Part shown: piece after piece, positions 27,508 to 37,132 of the stretch | How the letters are laid out: each line of letters opens with the position of its first letter | Position numbering within the stretch: position 1 is the first letter of the stretch | Source: an uncultured bacterium | Lineage (GTDB): Bacteria; Bacteroidota; Bacteroidia; Bacteroidales; Bacteroidaceae | Direction of reading: 5' to 3' | DNA: 64,000 nt | Assembly (NCBI GenBank): GCA_946613525.1 | Contig: CAMOFO010000004.1 | Location: 17,925-81,924, forward strand | Notes under the pieces: model-generated | What the model saw: only the letters and a program-made list of their open reading frames with translations | What the model was told of the DNA's origin: nothing | Database searches by the model: none | Program-made: the position numbers and the translations under genes

Positions 27508-29403
27508 ATGATGATAGAACAGCAAATTGTGGGCGGCGTCGTGGCTGCCGTGAGTGAGTTATACGGCCAGACCGTGGCCGAAAATCAGGTGCAGCTGCAG
27601 AAAACGCGCAGCGAATTCGAGGGAAACCTCACGGTGGTGACGTTTCCGTTTGTGCGGATGGCGCGAAAAAGCCCCGAACAGGTCGGTGAAGACATCGGAC
27701 AGTGGCTCGTGGCGCATCGCAGCGAGGCAGTGGGCGGTTTCAACGTCGTGAAGGGCTTCCTGAACCTCGTTGTGGCTCCGCAGGCGTGGCTACAGCTGCT
27801 CGCCGACATCGACCATGACGAGAATTGGGGTTATAAAGCCCCCCTGTCGTCCCCCGAGGGGGACACAAATGTCCAAAACAAGGGTAATGAAGCCCCCTCG
27901 GGGGCAGTAGGGGGGGGCTTATGTATGATTGAATACTCCTCGCCCAACACCAACAAACCGCTGCACCTCGGCCACGTCCGCAACAACCTGCTCGGTTGGT
28001 CGCTGGCGAAAATTATGGAGGCCAACGGCTGGAAAGTAGTAAAGACGAACATCGTCAACGACCGCGGTATCCACATCTGTAAGTCGATGCTCGCGTGGCA
28101 GAAGTGGGGCAACGGCGAAACGCCCGAGTCGAGCGGCAAGAAAGGCGACCACCTCATCGGCGACTACTATGTGCTTTTCGACAAGCACTATCGCGAGGAA
28201 ATCAAGCAACTCGTGGCCGGCGGCATGGACGAGGAGCAGGCTAAGCAAGAGGCTCCGCTCATCAAGGAAGCACGCGAGATGCTCGTGAAATGGGAGCAGA
28301 ACGACCCCGAGGTGCGCGCGCTGTGGAAGATGATGAACGACTGGGTGTATGCCGGATTCGACGAGACCTACAAGGCGCTCGGCGTGTCGTTCGATAAGAT
28401 TTACTACGAGTCGGAAACCTACCTCGCAGGCAAGAAAAAAGTCGAAGAAGGCCTCGAAAAAGGGCTCTTCTTCCGCAAGGACGACGGCTCAGTATGGGCC
28501 GACTTCACCGACGAGGGCCTCGACCAAAAGCTCCTGCTGCGTAGCGACGGCACCAGCGTCTATATGACGCAAGACATCGGCACGGCGCAGATGCGCTTCA
28601 ACGACTACCCCATCGACAAGATGATCTACGTCGTGGGCAACGAGCAAAACTACCATTTCCAAGTGCTCTCGCTGCTGCTCGACCGCCTCGGCTTCAAGTG
28701 GGGCAAGGAACTCGTGCATTTCTCCTACGGCATGGTGGAGCTGCCCAGCGGCAAGATGAAGTCGAGGGAGGGCACCGTGGTCGATGCCGACGACCTGATT
28801 GCGTCGATGATTGAAAACGCCCGTCGGATGAGCGAAGACAAGGTGAACAAGCTCGAAGGCATCAGCGACGAGGAAAAGAGCGAAATCGCCCGCATCGTGG
28901 GCATGGGAGCCCTGAAATACTTCATCCTGAAGGTCGATGCCCGAAAAAACATGCTTTTCAACCCCGAGGAAAGCATCGATTTCAATGGCAACACGGGGCC
29001 GTTCATTCAATATACGCACGCGAGGATCAGGAGTATTCTTCGGAGGTACGAAGCCACGGAGGTACGGAGGTGCGAGAATAGTTCAAGTGCAGAGACTAAT
29101 CTCGTACCCCCGAACCCCCGAACCCCCGAACCCCCGAATGCTAAAGAAACCGCCCTCATCCAGAAACTCAGCGAGTTCCCCGCCGTCGTCGAGCAGGCAG
29201 GCAAGGACTATTCGCCCTCGGGCATCGCCAACTACTGCTACGAGCTGACGAAAGAGTTCAACCAGTTCTATCACGACTACAGCATCCTCAACGCCGAGAC
29301 CGACGAAGCCCGACAGCTGCGCCTCACCATCGCCCGCAACGTGGCCAAAACGCTGAAAAACGGCATGGCGCTGCTCGGAATCGAAGTACCAGAGAGGATG
29401 TAA
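27508..29403 (+). CDS. argS: Arginyl-tRNA synthetase with two in-frame repeat insertions
   Basis: IEYSSPNTNKPLHLGHVRN, GKMKSREG, GNTGPFIQY, LLGIEVPERM. Confidence 0.97.
   Translation: MMIEQQIVGGVVAAVSELYGQTVAENQVQLQKTRSEFEGNLTVVTFPFVRMARKSPEQVGEDIGQWLVAHRSEAVGGFNVVKGFLNLVVAPQAWLQLLADIDHDENWGYKAPLSSPEGDTNVQNKGNEAPSGAVGGGLCMIEYSSPNTNKPLHLGHVRNNLLGWSLAKIMEANGWKVVKTNIVNDRGIHICKSMLAWQKWGNGETPESSGKKGDHLIGDYYVLFDKHYREEIKQLVAGGMDEEQAKQEAPLIKEAREMLVKWEQNDPEVRALWKMMNDWVYAGFDETYKALGVSFDKIYYESETYLAGKKKVEEGLEKGLFFRKDDGSVWADFTDEGLDQKLLLRSDGTSVYMTQDIGTAQMRFNDYPIDKMIYVVGNEQNYHFQVLSLLLDRLGFKWGKELVHFSYGMVELPSGKMKSREGTVVDADDLIASMIENARRMSEDKVNKLEGISDEEKSEIARIVGMGALKYFILKVDARKNMLFNPEESIDFNGNTGPFIQYTHARIRSILRRYEATEVRRCENSSSAETNLVPPNPRTPEPPNAKETALIQKLSEFPAVVEQAGKDYSPSGIANYCYELTKEFNQFYHDYSILNAETDEARQLRLTIARNVAKTLKNGMALLGIEVPERM
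27836..27920. repeat. Inverted doublet of REP-like palindromes (REPIN-like) in frame in argS
   Basis: aagcccccctgtcgtcccccgagggggac...gccccctcgggggcagtaggggggggctt. Confidence 0.9.
29039..29138. repeat. Inverted octamer-arm element in frame in argS
   Basis: ttcggaggtacgaagccacggaggtacggaggtgcgagaatag...ctaatctcgtacccccgaacccccgaacccccgaacccccgaa. Confidence 0.9.
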
Positions 29404-29416
29404 AAAAAATATAGTT

Positions 29417-29986
29417 ATGAAAACAATATTGATATCTGGAACGATTGTTTTAATAGGCGTCATCCTGTGGTATTTATTTTCTTCGTGTAGCCCAAAGAAA
29501 GAGAATTCATCAAATGTTATTGAAAAGGAATTTGTTGGAAAGGGTTCCATTTTTGTCACCAATATGACAAAAGAAGAACTTCTTCGTGCAATAGAAGATT
29601 TTATGAGGATATACACACAAGACGGTCACCCATATACACGACCAGCAATCCAAGAAAAGTCACAAGGATTTTTGTTGACTTTCGATGACAATATCGATTA
29701 TTTTGGCTTCTGTTTCTGGGTGAACTATTTGGTTTATAGCGATAAGGCGGTTCGACACAACGACCACGTTACAGGTTGGTTGCAAGTGAAAGATGTTGAA
29801 GACGAGAAGATCCGCTTTTTTGCTCACCAGACCTTAATGCTATACATCCCGTCATCGGACGCGGAATACGACAATGTATATTTCACAACGAGCGATGGAA
29901 AATGTTTTAAACAAGAATTTTCCGATTCTCGATTGTTGGAACAGCAAACGTCTGTTCTCAAGCCATATCAATCCATTCCCCAATAA
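29417..29986 (+). CDS. Hypothetical membrane-anchored protein, AT-rich
   Basis: N-terminal hydrophobic helix; base composition differs sharply from argS and rnhA. Confidence 0.7.
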   Translation: MKTILISGTIVLIGVILWYLFSSCSPKKENSSNVIEKEFVGKGSIFVTNMTKEELLRAIEDFMRIYTQDGHPYTRPAIQEKSQGFLLTFDDNIDYFGFCFWVNYLVYSDKAVRHNDHVTGWLQVKDVEDEKIRFFAHQTLMLYIPSSDAEYDNVYFTTSDGKCFKQEFSDSRLLEQQTSVLKPYQSIPQ

Positions 29987-29989
29987 GCG

Positions 29990-30457
29990 ATGAACCTGAC
30001 GAATCCACCCGACTATCGCCACGACACGGTGCTTCCGCTTCATCCCGAAGTGAAGGCCAATGCTTGGGCCGTCGATGCCGCCTGCTCGGGCAACCCGGGC
30101 CCGATGGAGTATCAGGCAGTGGATTTGCAGACGGGGCAGCGCGTGTTCCACTTCGGCCCCATCCACGGCACCAACAACATCGGGGAGTTTCTCGCCATCG
30201 TCCACGCGCTGGCACTCCTGCAGCAGCAAGGACGCCACGACACCACCATCTACAGCGACTCCTACAACGCCATCCTATGGGTGAACAAGCGCAAGTGCAA
30301 AACCAAACTCGCCCTCACGCCCCAGACCAAGGAAACCCACCAAATCATCCAGCGAGCCGAACGATGGCTCAACACCCACACATGGCGAAATCCAATTGTG
30401 AAATGGGAAACACAAAAGTGGGGAGAAGTGCCCGCCGACTTCGGAAGAAAACGTTAA
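29990..30457 (+). CDS. rnhA: Ribonuclease HI (catalytic domain only)
   Basis: AVDAACSGNPG, TNNIGEFLAIVHAL, IYSDS, KWET.KWGEVPADFGRK. Confidence 0.9.
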   Translation: MNLTNPPDYRHDTVLPLHPEVKANAWAVDAACSGNPGPMEYQAVDLQTGQRVFHFGPIHGTNNIGEFLAIVHALALLQQQGRHDTTIYSDSYNAILWVNKRKCKTKLALTPQTKETHQIIQRAERWLNTHTWRNPIVKWETQKWGEVPADFGRKR

Positions 30458-30584
30458 ACTACGTTTTTATTTCTCCGTTTTAAGTTAATTTTATATAATA
30501 CTATATCTGAAACGCATAAAAATTTCATTTTTATCAAGGTATTTCGTTATCTTTGTACACTTAAACTAATTTTTCGGCTAGAAA

Positions 30585-30854
30585 ATGAACTCAAGACAAA
30601 AAACAAGCGCACGACGCGCCTACACCCGGCCCGAAGTCTGGGTGGTGCCATGCCAAATTCCGGCTATCATGGGACCGTCGAGGATTCATGCCGCAGGCAG
30701 CGACTGGATCAACAATCCTGAGTCGGGTTTGAATTGGAATGACGGACTCCCTTCCACTTACAATCCGTCTGGATCTTTCGGATTTAAGTCGGTATGGGAA
30801 GCCAAAGCCAAGGTACTTCAAGACGGACAAATCGTAGAAGTGCCTCTCGATTGA
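30585..30854 (+). CDS. Small peptide ORF heading the adhesin operon
   Basis: Follows TATCTTTG (30548-30555); motifs AYTRPEV and FGFKSVWE. Confidence 0.55.
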   Translation: MNSRQKTSARRAYTRPEVWVVPCQIPAIMGPSRIHAAGSDWINNPESGLNWNDGLPSTYNPSGSFGFKSVWEAKAKVLQDGQIVEVPLD

Positions 30855-30898
30855 GACAAAAAGAATTTCTGTATTTTGAAATCAGCGAAGAAAAGAAG

Positions 30899-33800
30899 AT
30901 GGACATGAAGAGAATCATAGCAGGGTATGCCATGGCGACAGCCGTGGTACTTGGGTTTACGGCCTGTTCTGAAAAAATTGAAGGCACAGGAGGTGAAGAC
31001 AGTCAGAGTATTGGCATTGGTGTCGCCGTGAAACAAGGATGGGACGAACCCATTGAGAAGCGCAATGCCCGATTTGCCCAAATTGCTGCAAAAAAAGCTG
31101 CAGCAGGAGTGAAAGATGTACTCGCCTTCAACGAATCGTTCGAAGGCAAGACCCTTTATTTGTGGTGTGATGAAATCGACGGCATCAGCGGCAAAGGTCA
31201 TTCCATTACCGTCGAATCTGACGAAAACGCTGACGAGCAGACACGCGGCACACTCATGAGCGGCGACGACGGCAGTGGAAATTTCGCGAAATCGACGTTC
31301 TACGACAATTTCGACATCTATGGAGAGAAGGCCACAAGCGGAACTTCTGCCAACTACAAGCCTGGAAGTGTCAACGATTGGACACTGACCAGAAATTTCA
31401 CATGGAGCGACGACAACAACTATACATTCTATGGCGTGGCTCCAGCTTCGGCTGCCGGTGTAAACGCATCGACAACGGGACTCACCTATAACACCCCCTT
31501 GGCATCCACCGCTCAGCAGGACATCATGGTGGGACCATCCACCGCCAAACGCACCGACCGCAAAATGCTCTTCGACTTCAAGCACGTGCTCTCAGCCGTC
31601 AGGTTCAAATTGGGAAGCGATTTTGCAACTGGCTACACCATCAAAAAAATTGAATTGACAAACGTTTCCACACAGGGAACATATACTTTCAGCACGGGAA
31701 ACTGGGTTAATACCAACCCGAACACCGTCTATGCCGACGATCTGAATTTCGTGACAACCAACCATTTAAACTCGCTCATCACCAGCGACGGAACGCCAAA
31801 CGACCCAAACGACATCGGCACGACCTTCGTCTTGCTACCGCAAACGCTTGGCAGCAATTCATATGCCATTATCACGCTGGAAGATAACGAAAACCCAGGA
31901 ACCGACCTTCATTTCCAGGCATCACTCAATGGGCAGACGTGGGAAAAAGGCCACGCATATACCTACACGATTGCAAACACACCCTACAAGTCAGAATTCA
32001 CCTTCGAGGTGGAAAACAATCCAGAATTCACCTATGACGGAAAAGTTTCCACGACACCCACGCCCAGCACCAACCAGTTCAAAGTGGTGAGCTACTACAG
32101 AGGACGTTCTGGAGCCGCTCCAGAACCCGTGGCATGGACGATTACGGGCTACGAGGAATCGACAGACAACGGCGCGACATGGACATCGGTGTCACCCACC
32201 GCACCCGACTGGCTGACCAACATCGGCAAAACCAGCGGAGCAGGAGACACGGGAGGCGGAGAAACCTTCACGACTGCCGTAGAGGGACAGGAGTCTCTTC
32301 AATTGCGCAGGCAGGGCGAGCTTCGTTCACGTCCGACGAAAGGCACAGCAGATGCCCCCTACGACCTCTCGCTCTACAAGGTCGACAACGAAACATCTTG
32401 GGGAGGCCGCTCCACGGCCAACTGCTACATTGTGCGGCAGGGAGGGTACTACAAGATTCCACTCGTTATGGGCAACACCATCACGAGAGGAAAAATCTAT
32501 ACGCCTGAAAAACATGAAGGAATTATAAAATTTGCCGACCGTGAATATACGGTGAACGACAATCAGAAAACAGAGAAAACAGATAAGTATGGGAATATTA
32601 CAACCCCAGCAACTCCGACCCAAGTTTCTGGGTCTTATGTTTATGGATCGGATATCTTCGTCGATTATAACAATCAGCTCGTCACTGCTGCGAACTACAA
32701 AGTCGAAGCTACAAAAGCAGATGTTTATTGGCACGATTTCCAACACACAGGAAGCCAAACAGAGTTGATAGTCATCAAAGACGTCAATGTCGTTTCCGAT
32801 AACTCCGACCCGAATGTAGACAAATATCTAACCTTTACTGTTGACCCCAAGACCATACAGCAAGGCAACGCAGTCATTGTCGTGAGAAATGCTGGAGGAA
32901 CCATCACATGGAGCTGGCACATCTATGTCACCGACCGCAACTGGTTGACAGAGGTGACCGACATCAAAACTAGAACTTGGAATAGCGTAAGTCCAGCAGA
33001 CTTCACGATGGCCAACTACAACCTCGGATTCGTAGAAATGGCCAAAAACGGGAGCACCTATACCTACCCCAGGCGAATCATCAGGGTTACCTTCCAGCAA
33101 GAAAAATCTGGAACCACCTGCACAAGAACCATCACACAGAAAGAAGGAACCGTCCCTGCAAACTTCGACTACTTCTGGGACACCAAATACCAGTGGGGAC
33201 GCAAAGATGCCTTCCCTGGAAATGGAGTTGGAACCACCGCGGGTGACCAAGAAGGTTCTCCAAGCTCGGGGTGGCTTAAGTCTGGTAGTAAAACCGGACC
33301 TTACAAGTGCAAATACTACCCCGAAGGTACGTACAACCCCGGTAAAGATGTGTCGGGCGGTGCCACCTATGGCTATGCCATTCAGCATCCTGCAGAGAGG
33401 ATTAGAGGCTCAGGAACTCTTCCCGCCAAAGGAATGTGGAGCAATCAATTCTATGCGAATGCGTGGTCTGCCACAGAAACAATAGTGAGATGTGGCACGA
33501 AAACAGGCTCCGGAGTCAACGATCCAAAGGGGGATTTGATGTACCCACTCAACTCTGTGAATCCAGTTGTAAAAACGATATACGACCCCTGTCCCGCAGG
33601 TTTTAAGGTTCCGCCATCTGGCGTGTTCTCTAATTTCAGTAAATCGGGAAACTCTGCAACGGGTACTAACAGGAACATTAGTGGGAGTTTCAGTGTGGGT
33701 TATAATTTTTATGCCATAGACACTAGCGGTACCACCCTCTTCTTCCCAGCTGCAGGACGCCTGCAAGACTCTGGATTGAGAAATTATTTGACCAACAGCT

Positions 33801-34066
33801 GGGTCTGGTCGGCAACACCTGGTGTAATGCATGATGTTTATGGTAACACATCTGCCACTCGTCTCCACTCCGCTACTGCGGGAATGGCGGGATCTTTCCA
33901 CTTGAGTTTCACCAACGAACAAGTAAACCCGGGAAACCACAACCAGAGCACCATGCCGCAATCGGTGCGTCCGATAGTAGATACTCACGTAAATCGCATC
34001 TACCACGATAATACCGACATCCGCCCGAATGAGGATGGAGGCAACAAGTCGATTGATTTGAATTAA
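30899..34066 (+). CDS. Fimbrillin/Mfa-like lipoprotein adhesin (type V pilus tip-like)
   Basis: Lipobox FTAC; QTRG maturation motif; FDFKHVLSAVRF; TANCYIV; WSWHIYVT; YQWGRKD; KTIYDPCP; FFPAAG; SVRP. Confidence 0.75.
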   Translation: MDMKRIIAGYAMATAVVLGFTACSEKIEGTGGEDSQSIGIGVAVKQGWDEPIEKRNARFAQIAAKKAAAGVKDVLAFNESFEGKTLYLWCDEIDGISGKGHSITVESDENADEQTRGTLMSGDDGSGNFAKSTFYDNFDIYGEKATSGTSANYKPGSVNDWTLTRNFTWSDDNNYTFYGVAPASAAGVNASTTGLTYNTPLASTAQQDIMVGPSTAKRTDRKMLFDFKHVLSAVRFKLGSDFATGYTIKKIELTNVSTQGTYTFSTGNWVNTNPNTVYADDLNFVTTNHLNSLITSDGTPNDPNDIGTTFVLLPQTLGSNSYAIITLEDNENPGTDLHFQASLNGQTWEKGHAYTYTIANTPYKSEFTFEVENNPEFTYDGKVSTTPTPSTNQFKVVSYYRGRSGAAPEPVAWTITGYEESTDNGATWTSVSPTAPDWLTNIGKTSGAGDTGGGETFTTAVEGQESLQLRRQGELRSRPTKGTADAPYDLSLYKVDNETSWGGRSTANCYIVRQGGYYKIPLVMGNTITRGKIYTPEKHEGIIKFADREYTVNDNQKTEKTDKYGNITTPATPTQVSGSYVYGSDIFVDYNNQLVTAANYKVEATKADVYWHDFQHTGSQTELIVIKDVNVVSDNSDPNVDKYLTFTVDPKTIQQGNAVIVVRNAGGTITWSWHIYVTDRNWLTEVTDIKTRTWNSVSPADFTMANYNLGFVEMAKNGSTYTYPRRIIRVTFQQEKSGTTCTRTITQKEGTVPANFDYFWDTKYQWGRKDAFPGNGVGTTAGDQEGSPSSGWLKSGSKTGPYKCKYYPEGTYNPGKDVSGGATYGYAIQHPAERIRGSGTLPAKGMWSNQFYANAWSATETIVRCGTKTGSGVNDPKGDLMYPLNSVNPVVKTIYDPCPAGFKVPPSGVFSNFSKSGNSATGTNRNISGSFSVGYNFYAIDTSGTTLFFPAAGRLQDSGLRNYLTNSWVWSATPGVMHDVYGNTSATRLHSATAGMAGSFHLSFTNEQVNPGNHNQSTMPQSVRPIVDTHVNRIYHDNTDIRPNEDGGNKSIDLN

Positions 34067-34095
34067 TAGCAAAATGTAACTAAAAAAACGGAGAG

Positions 34096-36963
34096 ATGAA
34101 ACAGCGTTTTTTCAAAATAATGACCATTGCTGCCGGCATTGTGATGGCATCGTGCAGCGACTTCGATGGAATAAACACCGAGAATCAGACTGGCAAAGGA
34201 ATCCGATTCATAACGGACATTTCGCAAGACTGGAAAGCGGAAAAGGAGAACACCCGCAAGAAAATGCGGAAACAGCCTATCCATGCCGTGCCCATGCAGT
34301 CGTCCGACGGCACTCAACTTTGGCTAAAGGGCGTCACCACCAATGGAATAAGGAACGCGAAGCAGGAAATGGAGGCAGAAAACAATACGCGCGGACAAAC
34401 CATTGAGGAAGTGGCAAACATGAGCGATTTCAGTTCCTTCAGCTACAAGACCGACAACAGCGTTCTCTATACAAACATCAAGTCCACAGCTAAAGGAATT
34501 TTGGAGAAAGAGTACGCATGGCCTGAAGGTACGCAGTTGAAGTTCTTCGCCGTGTATCCCTACGATAGGACCGCAAACTTCGGTGTCGATCTATCGACGG
34601 GGCTCACCTACAATTTCACCGTGAACGCCAACGTCACGGAGCAAAAAGACCTGATGTATGCAGTGACGGGAATTCTTGATTACAATGAAAATCAGACCGC
34701 ACCGCTCCATTTCGTCCATGCACTCACCGCAATCGATTTTGTGATGGGCAATTTCGCCTTTGAAGGATACGTACAGAGAATCACCCTGAAAAATGTCTAT
34801 ACCAGCGGAACGCTCACGTTGCCAACAGAAAAGACAACCTATTCAGGAGAAACGGGGGAAGCCACTTGGAGCAACCTCGGCAACCGAAAAGACATCGTCA
34901 TTGATGGTTTGAACGCAAACATTCAGGAAGGGAATGTGAAAATAACCTCTTCGGAAAACAATACGACGCTGCTGATGATTCCACAAAGACTCGAAGGAGT
35001 GGAAGTAGAAATCATCATCGATGTCAACGGACACATCCTCACCGTAAGCGGTTCGCTCGCAGATACAGATCCAGAGGCATCAGCTTGGGTTGCTGGAACC
35101 ACCCGCACCTATACTTTCAACTCTACGAAAGACATCAGCGGTTTTACGCTCACCCTGAACACACCAGAAAATCTCAGTCAATTGAATTATAACGCTGCCA
35201 GTCTATTATTCGGTATAGATAGCTATGAGTTGTATGGCGACGGCAGCAGAGAAGAAGTGGAATGGGAAGTTGCTGATATCGTTTACAGTACAGGCGAAGG
35301 CGACGGCAGCGGTTGGGTAGAAATCACACCATCTGGCAGCGGAGGAAGTTCTGAAAATGTTTCATTGGAGATAGCACAAGAGCCCTTGGTAGATAAGCTG
35401 GCAGCACGCAACGCAGCCTTGAAAGCCGCCACTGTCAGAGGTTCCGCAGCAGAACCCTACGACCTCTCTACACACGGCATCAATGGAGAACCAACGGAAA
35501 TGAACACGGCCAACTGCTACATCATCAGCGCTCCGGGATTCTACAAACTGCCATTAGTCCACGGAAATGCTATCAAAGGTGGATTTGACAACCCCAGCAG
35601 CTACACATCTACATCTACATCTGCAGATTCCCATTTGGCGAGTTTCCAAAACTACCGCCGCATTGACGATTACACTAGCGAAGATATCACGAGCCCATGG
35701 CTTCGCGTAAACGGCGGCAACAAAGAGCCCGTCAAAGCACTTATCGTATGGAGTGACATCGTAGATAAAGTAATTGATAACACTTCTGAATACGAAGGTG
35801 AAACTTATGAAGACTTCCACTACGAACCATTTATCCTAAAGGGCACAACCATCACTGAACCCACGATTGATGGTGACTACTTGAAATTTGAAGTCACACA
35901 AGAAAAAATTGAACAGGGCAATGTAGTGGTGGCCGTGAAAGATGACTCTGATGTCATCATGTGGAGCTGGCATCTGTGGTTTACCACTCCAGACGCGTTG
36001 CAGACGAAAACATTTACTAACTACAACGACTATCAATCTAAAATCGCCGCAGAAAACCTCGGTCAAAAATATAGCAAATGGCTCGCGTCTCCCTATGAAA
36101 GACCGCGCACTGCCACGGTGACTATTCGCCAGAAAAGAGCACCTGCTGGCGAAGAGCCGAAAACGGCTTCTTTCACCATCGTACAGAGTTCAGGAATAGA
36201 AGCTTTCTCTGAGTCTCTTATGTACCAATTTGGTAGAAAAGACGCTTTCCCCGGGTTAGATGTTATTAGAATTCCAAAATACTATAACAACGAAGTTAAT
36301 CCTACAGTTCGCACCGCAACAAGTTCTGTCGCAATTCACCAATCTATCCAATCCCCCCTGACTCTATATGGGACGGGAGGTAGTAACTGGTCTTTCAGAA
36401 TGTATAGGAACCTATGGGCCGCCAATGCGTGGGGGATTAGCGACGATGTCGTAAAAACCATCTACGACCCCTGTCCCGTCGGATTCCACGTTCCCCGTGG
36501 CGATTTCCTTGATGGAATTATCAGGAACAAACCAAGCAATACTCTTGCGGAAAACTATGCCAGTCAGATTAGTGACAGATATCGTCTCAATGTAAAACAA
36601 CCTGGTCGTTTATATAGAGGATATGGATATCTAGGTATGTACATCTACACCAACTGTTCACAGAGTGCATCAGAAAAAGATAGCAAAATGAGCGAAACGG
36701 TGTATTTCCCCACTACTGGTTCTCGGTATCTTTTAAGCACCAATCTGCAAACGGAATCAGTTGCGAACAGTGCGTGCTATTGGACAGCCTCTCCAATAAG
36801 CTCTTCTAATGGAAAACATATGTATTTTAGTACTTCCACCTCTTCAGATTATTATGATTCTTATTGGATAGTTTCAACAAGGGCACGACAAACCTACACC
36901 TACAATTTTGATCAACGATCTTCATTAGTTGATGCCAAGGCTGTGCGTCCTGTAGCTGATTAG
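34096..36963 (+). CDS. Fimbrillin/Mfa-like lipoprotein adhesin, paralog of the upstream gene
   Basis: Lipobox MASC; NTRG; LHFVHALTAI; TANCYII; WSWHLWFT; YQFGRKD; KTIYDPCP; AVRPV. Confidence 0.75.
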   Translation: MKQRFFKIMTIAAGIVMASCSDFDGINTENQTGKGIRFITDISQDWKAEKENTRKKMRKQPIHAVPMQSSDGTQLWLKGVTTNGIRNAKQEMEAENNTRGQTIEEVANMSDFSSFSYKTDNSVLYTNIKSTAKGILEKEYAWPEGTQLKFFAVYPYDRTANFGVDLSTGLTYNFTVNANVTEQKDLMYAVTGILDYNENQTAPLHFVHALTAIDFVMGNFAFEGYVQRITLKNVYTSGTLTLPTEKTTYSGETGEATWSNLGNRKDIVIDGLNANIQEGNVKITSSENNTTLLMIPQRLEGVEVEIIIDVNGHILTVSGSLADTDPEASAWVAGTTRTYTFNSTKDISGFTLTLNTPENLSQLNYNAASLLFGIDSYELYGDGSREEVEWEVADIVYSTGEGDGSGWVEITPSGSGGSSENVSLEIAQEPLVDKLAARNAALKAATVRGSAAEPYDLSTHGINGEPTEMNTANCYIISAPGFYKLPLVHGNAIKGGFDNPSSYTSTSTSADSHLASFQNYRRIDDYTSEDITSPWLRVNGGNKEPVKALIVWSDIVDKVIDNTSEYEGETYEDFHYEPFILKGTTITEPTIDGDYLKFEVTQEKIEQGNVVVAVKDDSDVIMWSWHLWFTTPDALQTKTFTNYNDYQSKIAAENLGQKYSKWLASPYERPRTATVTIRQKRAPAGEEPKTASFTIVQSSGIEAFSESLMYQFGRKDAFPGLDVIRIPKYYNNEVNPTVRTATSSVAIHQSIQSPLTLYGTGGSNWSFRMYRNLWAANAWGISDDVVKTIYDPCPVGFHVPRGDFLDGIIRNKPSNTLAENYASQISDRYRLNVKQPGRLYRGYGYLGMYIYTNCSQSASEKDSKMSETVYFPTTGSRYLLSTNLQTESVANSACYWTASPISSSNGKHMYFSTSTSSDYYDSYWIVSTRARQTYTYNFDQRSSLVDAKAVRPVAD

Positions 36964-37010
36964 GGATAAAACAAAGGTAGTTCCTCTGCAGAAATCATGA
37001 GCATCATCAC

Positions 37011-37054
37011 CTGCGGCGGCCTCCCTCGGAAAGGGAAGTCGCCGCAGTGTTTTT
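37011..37054 (+). terminator. Intrinsic terminator after the adhesin operon
   Basis: ctgcggcggcctccct cgga aagggaagtcgccgcag followed by tgtttttt. Confidence 0.75.
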
Positions 37055-37132
37055 GGGTGTTTGCATCAAAAAAAATCGGAACATTTGCGTTTTTTGGAGA
37101 AATTCGCTATCTTTGCACAAAGTAGAATTACC

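Noticed and set aside
13044-30520. AACGCATAAA upstream of both the T9SS cluster (13044) and the adhesin operon (30511)
   Set aside because: AT-rich 10-mer at different distances from the -7 elements; insufficient evidence for an operator
35602-35624. ACATCT x3 in the second adhesin
   Set aside because: Short in-frame hexamer (Thr-Ser) microsatellite, ordinary slippage
33700-37060. Complete diversity-generating retroelement
   Set aside because: No reverse transcriptase, no Avd-like gene and no AAC-rich template repeat seen in the window; the hairpin at 37011 reads as a terminator
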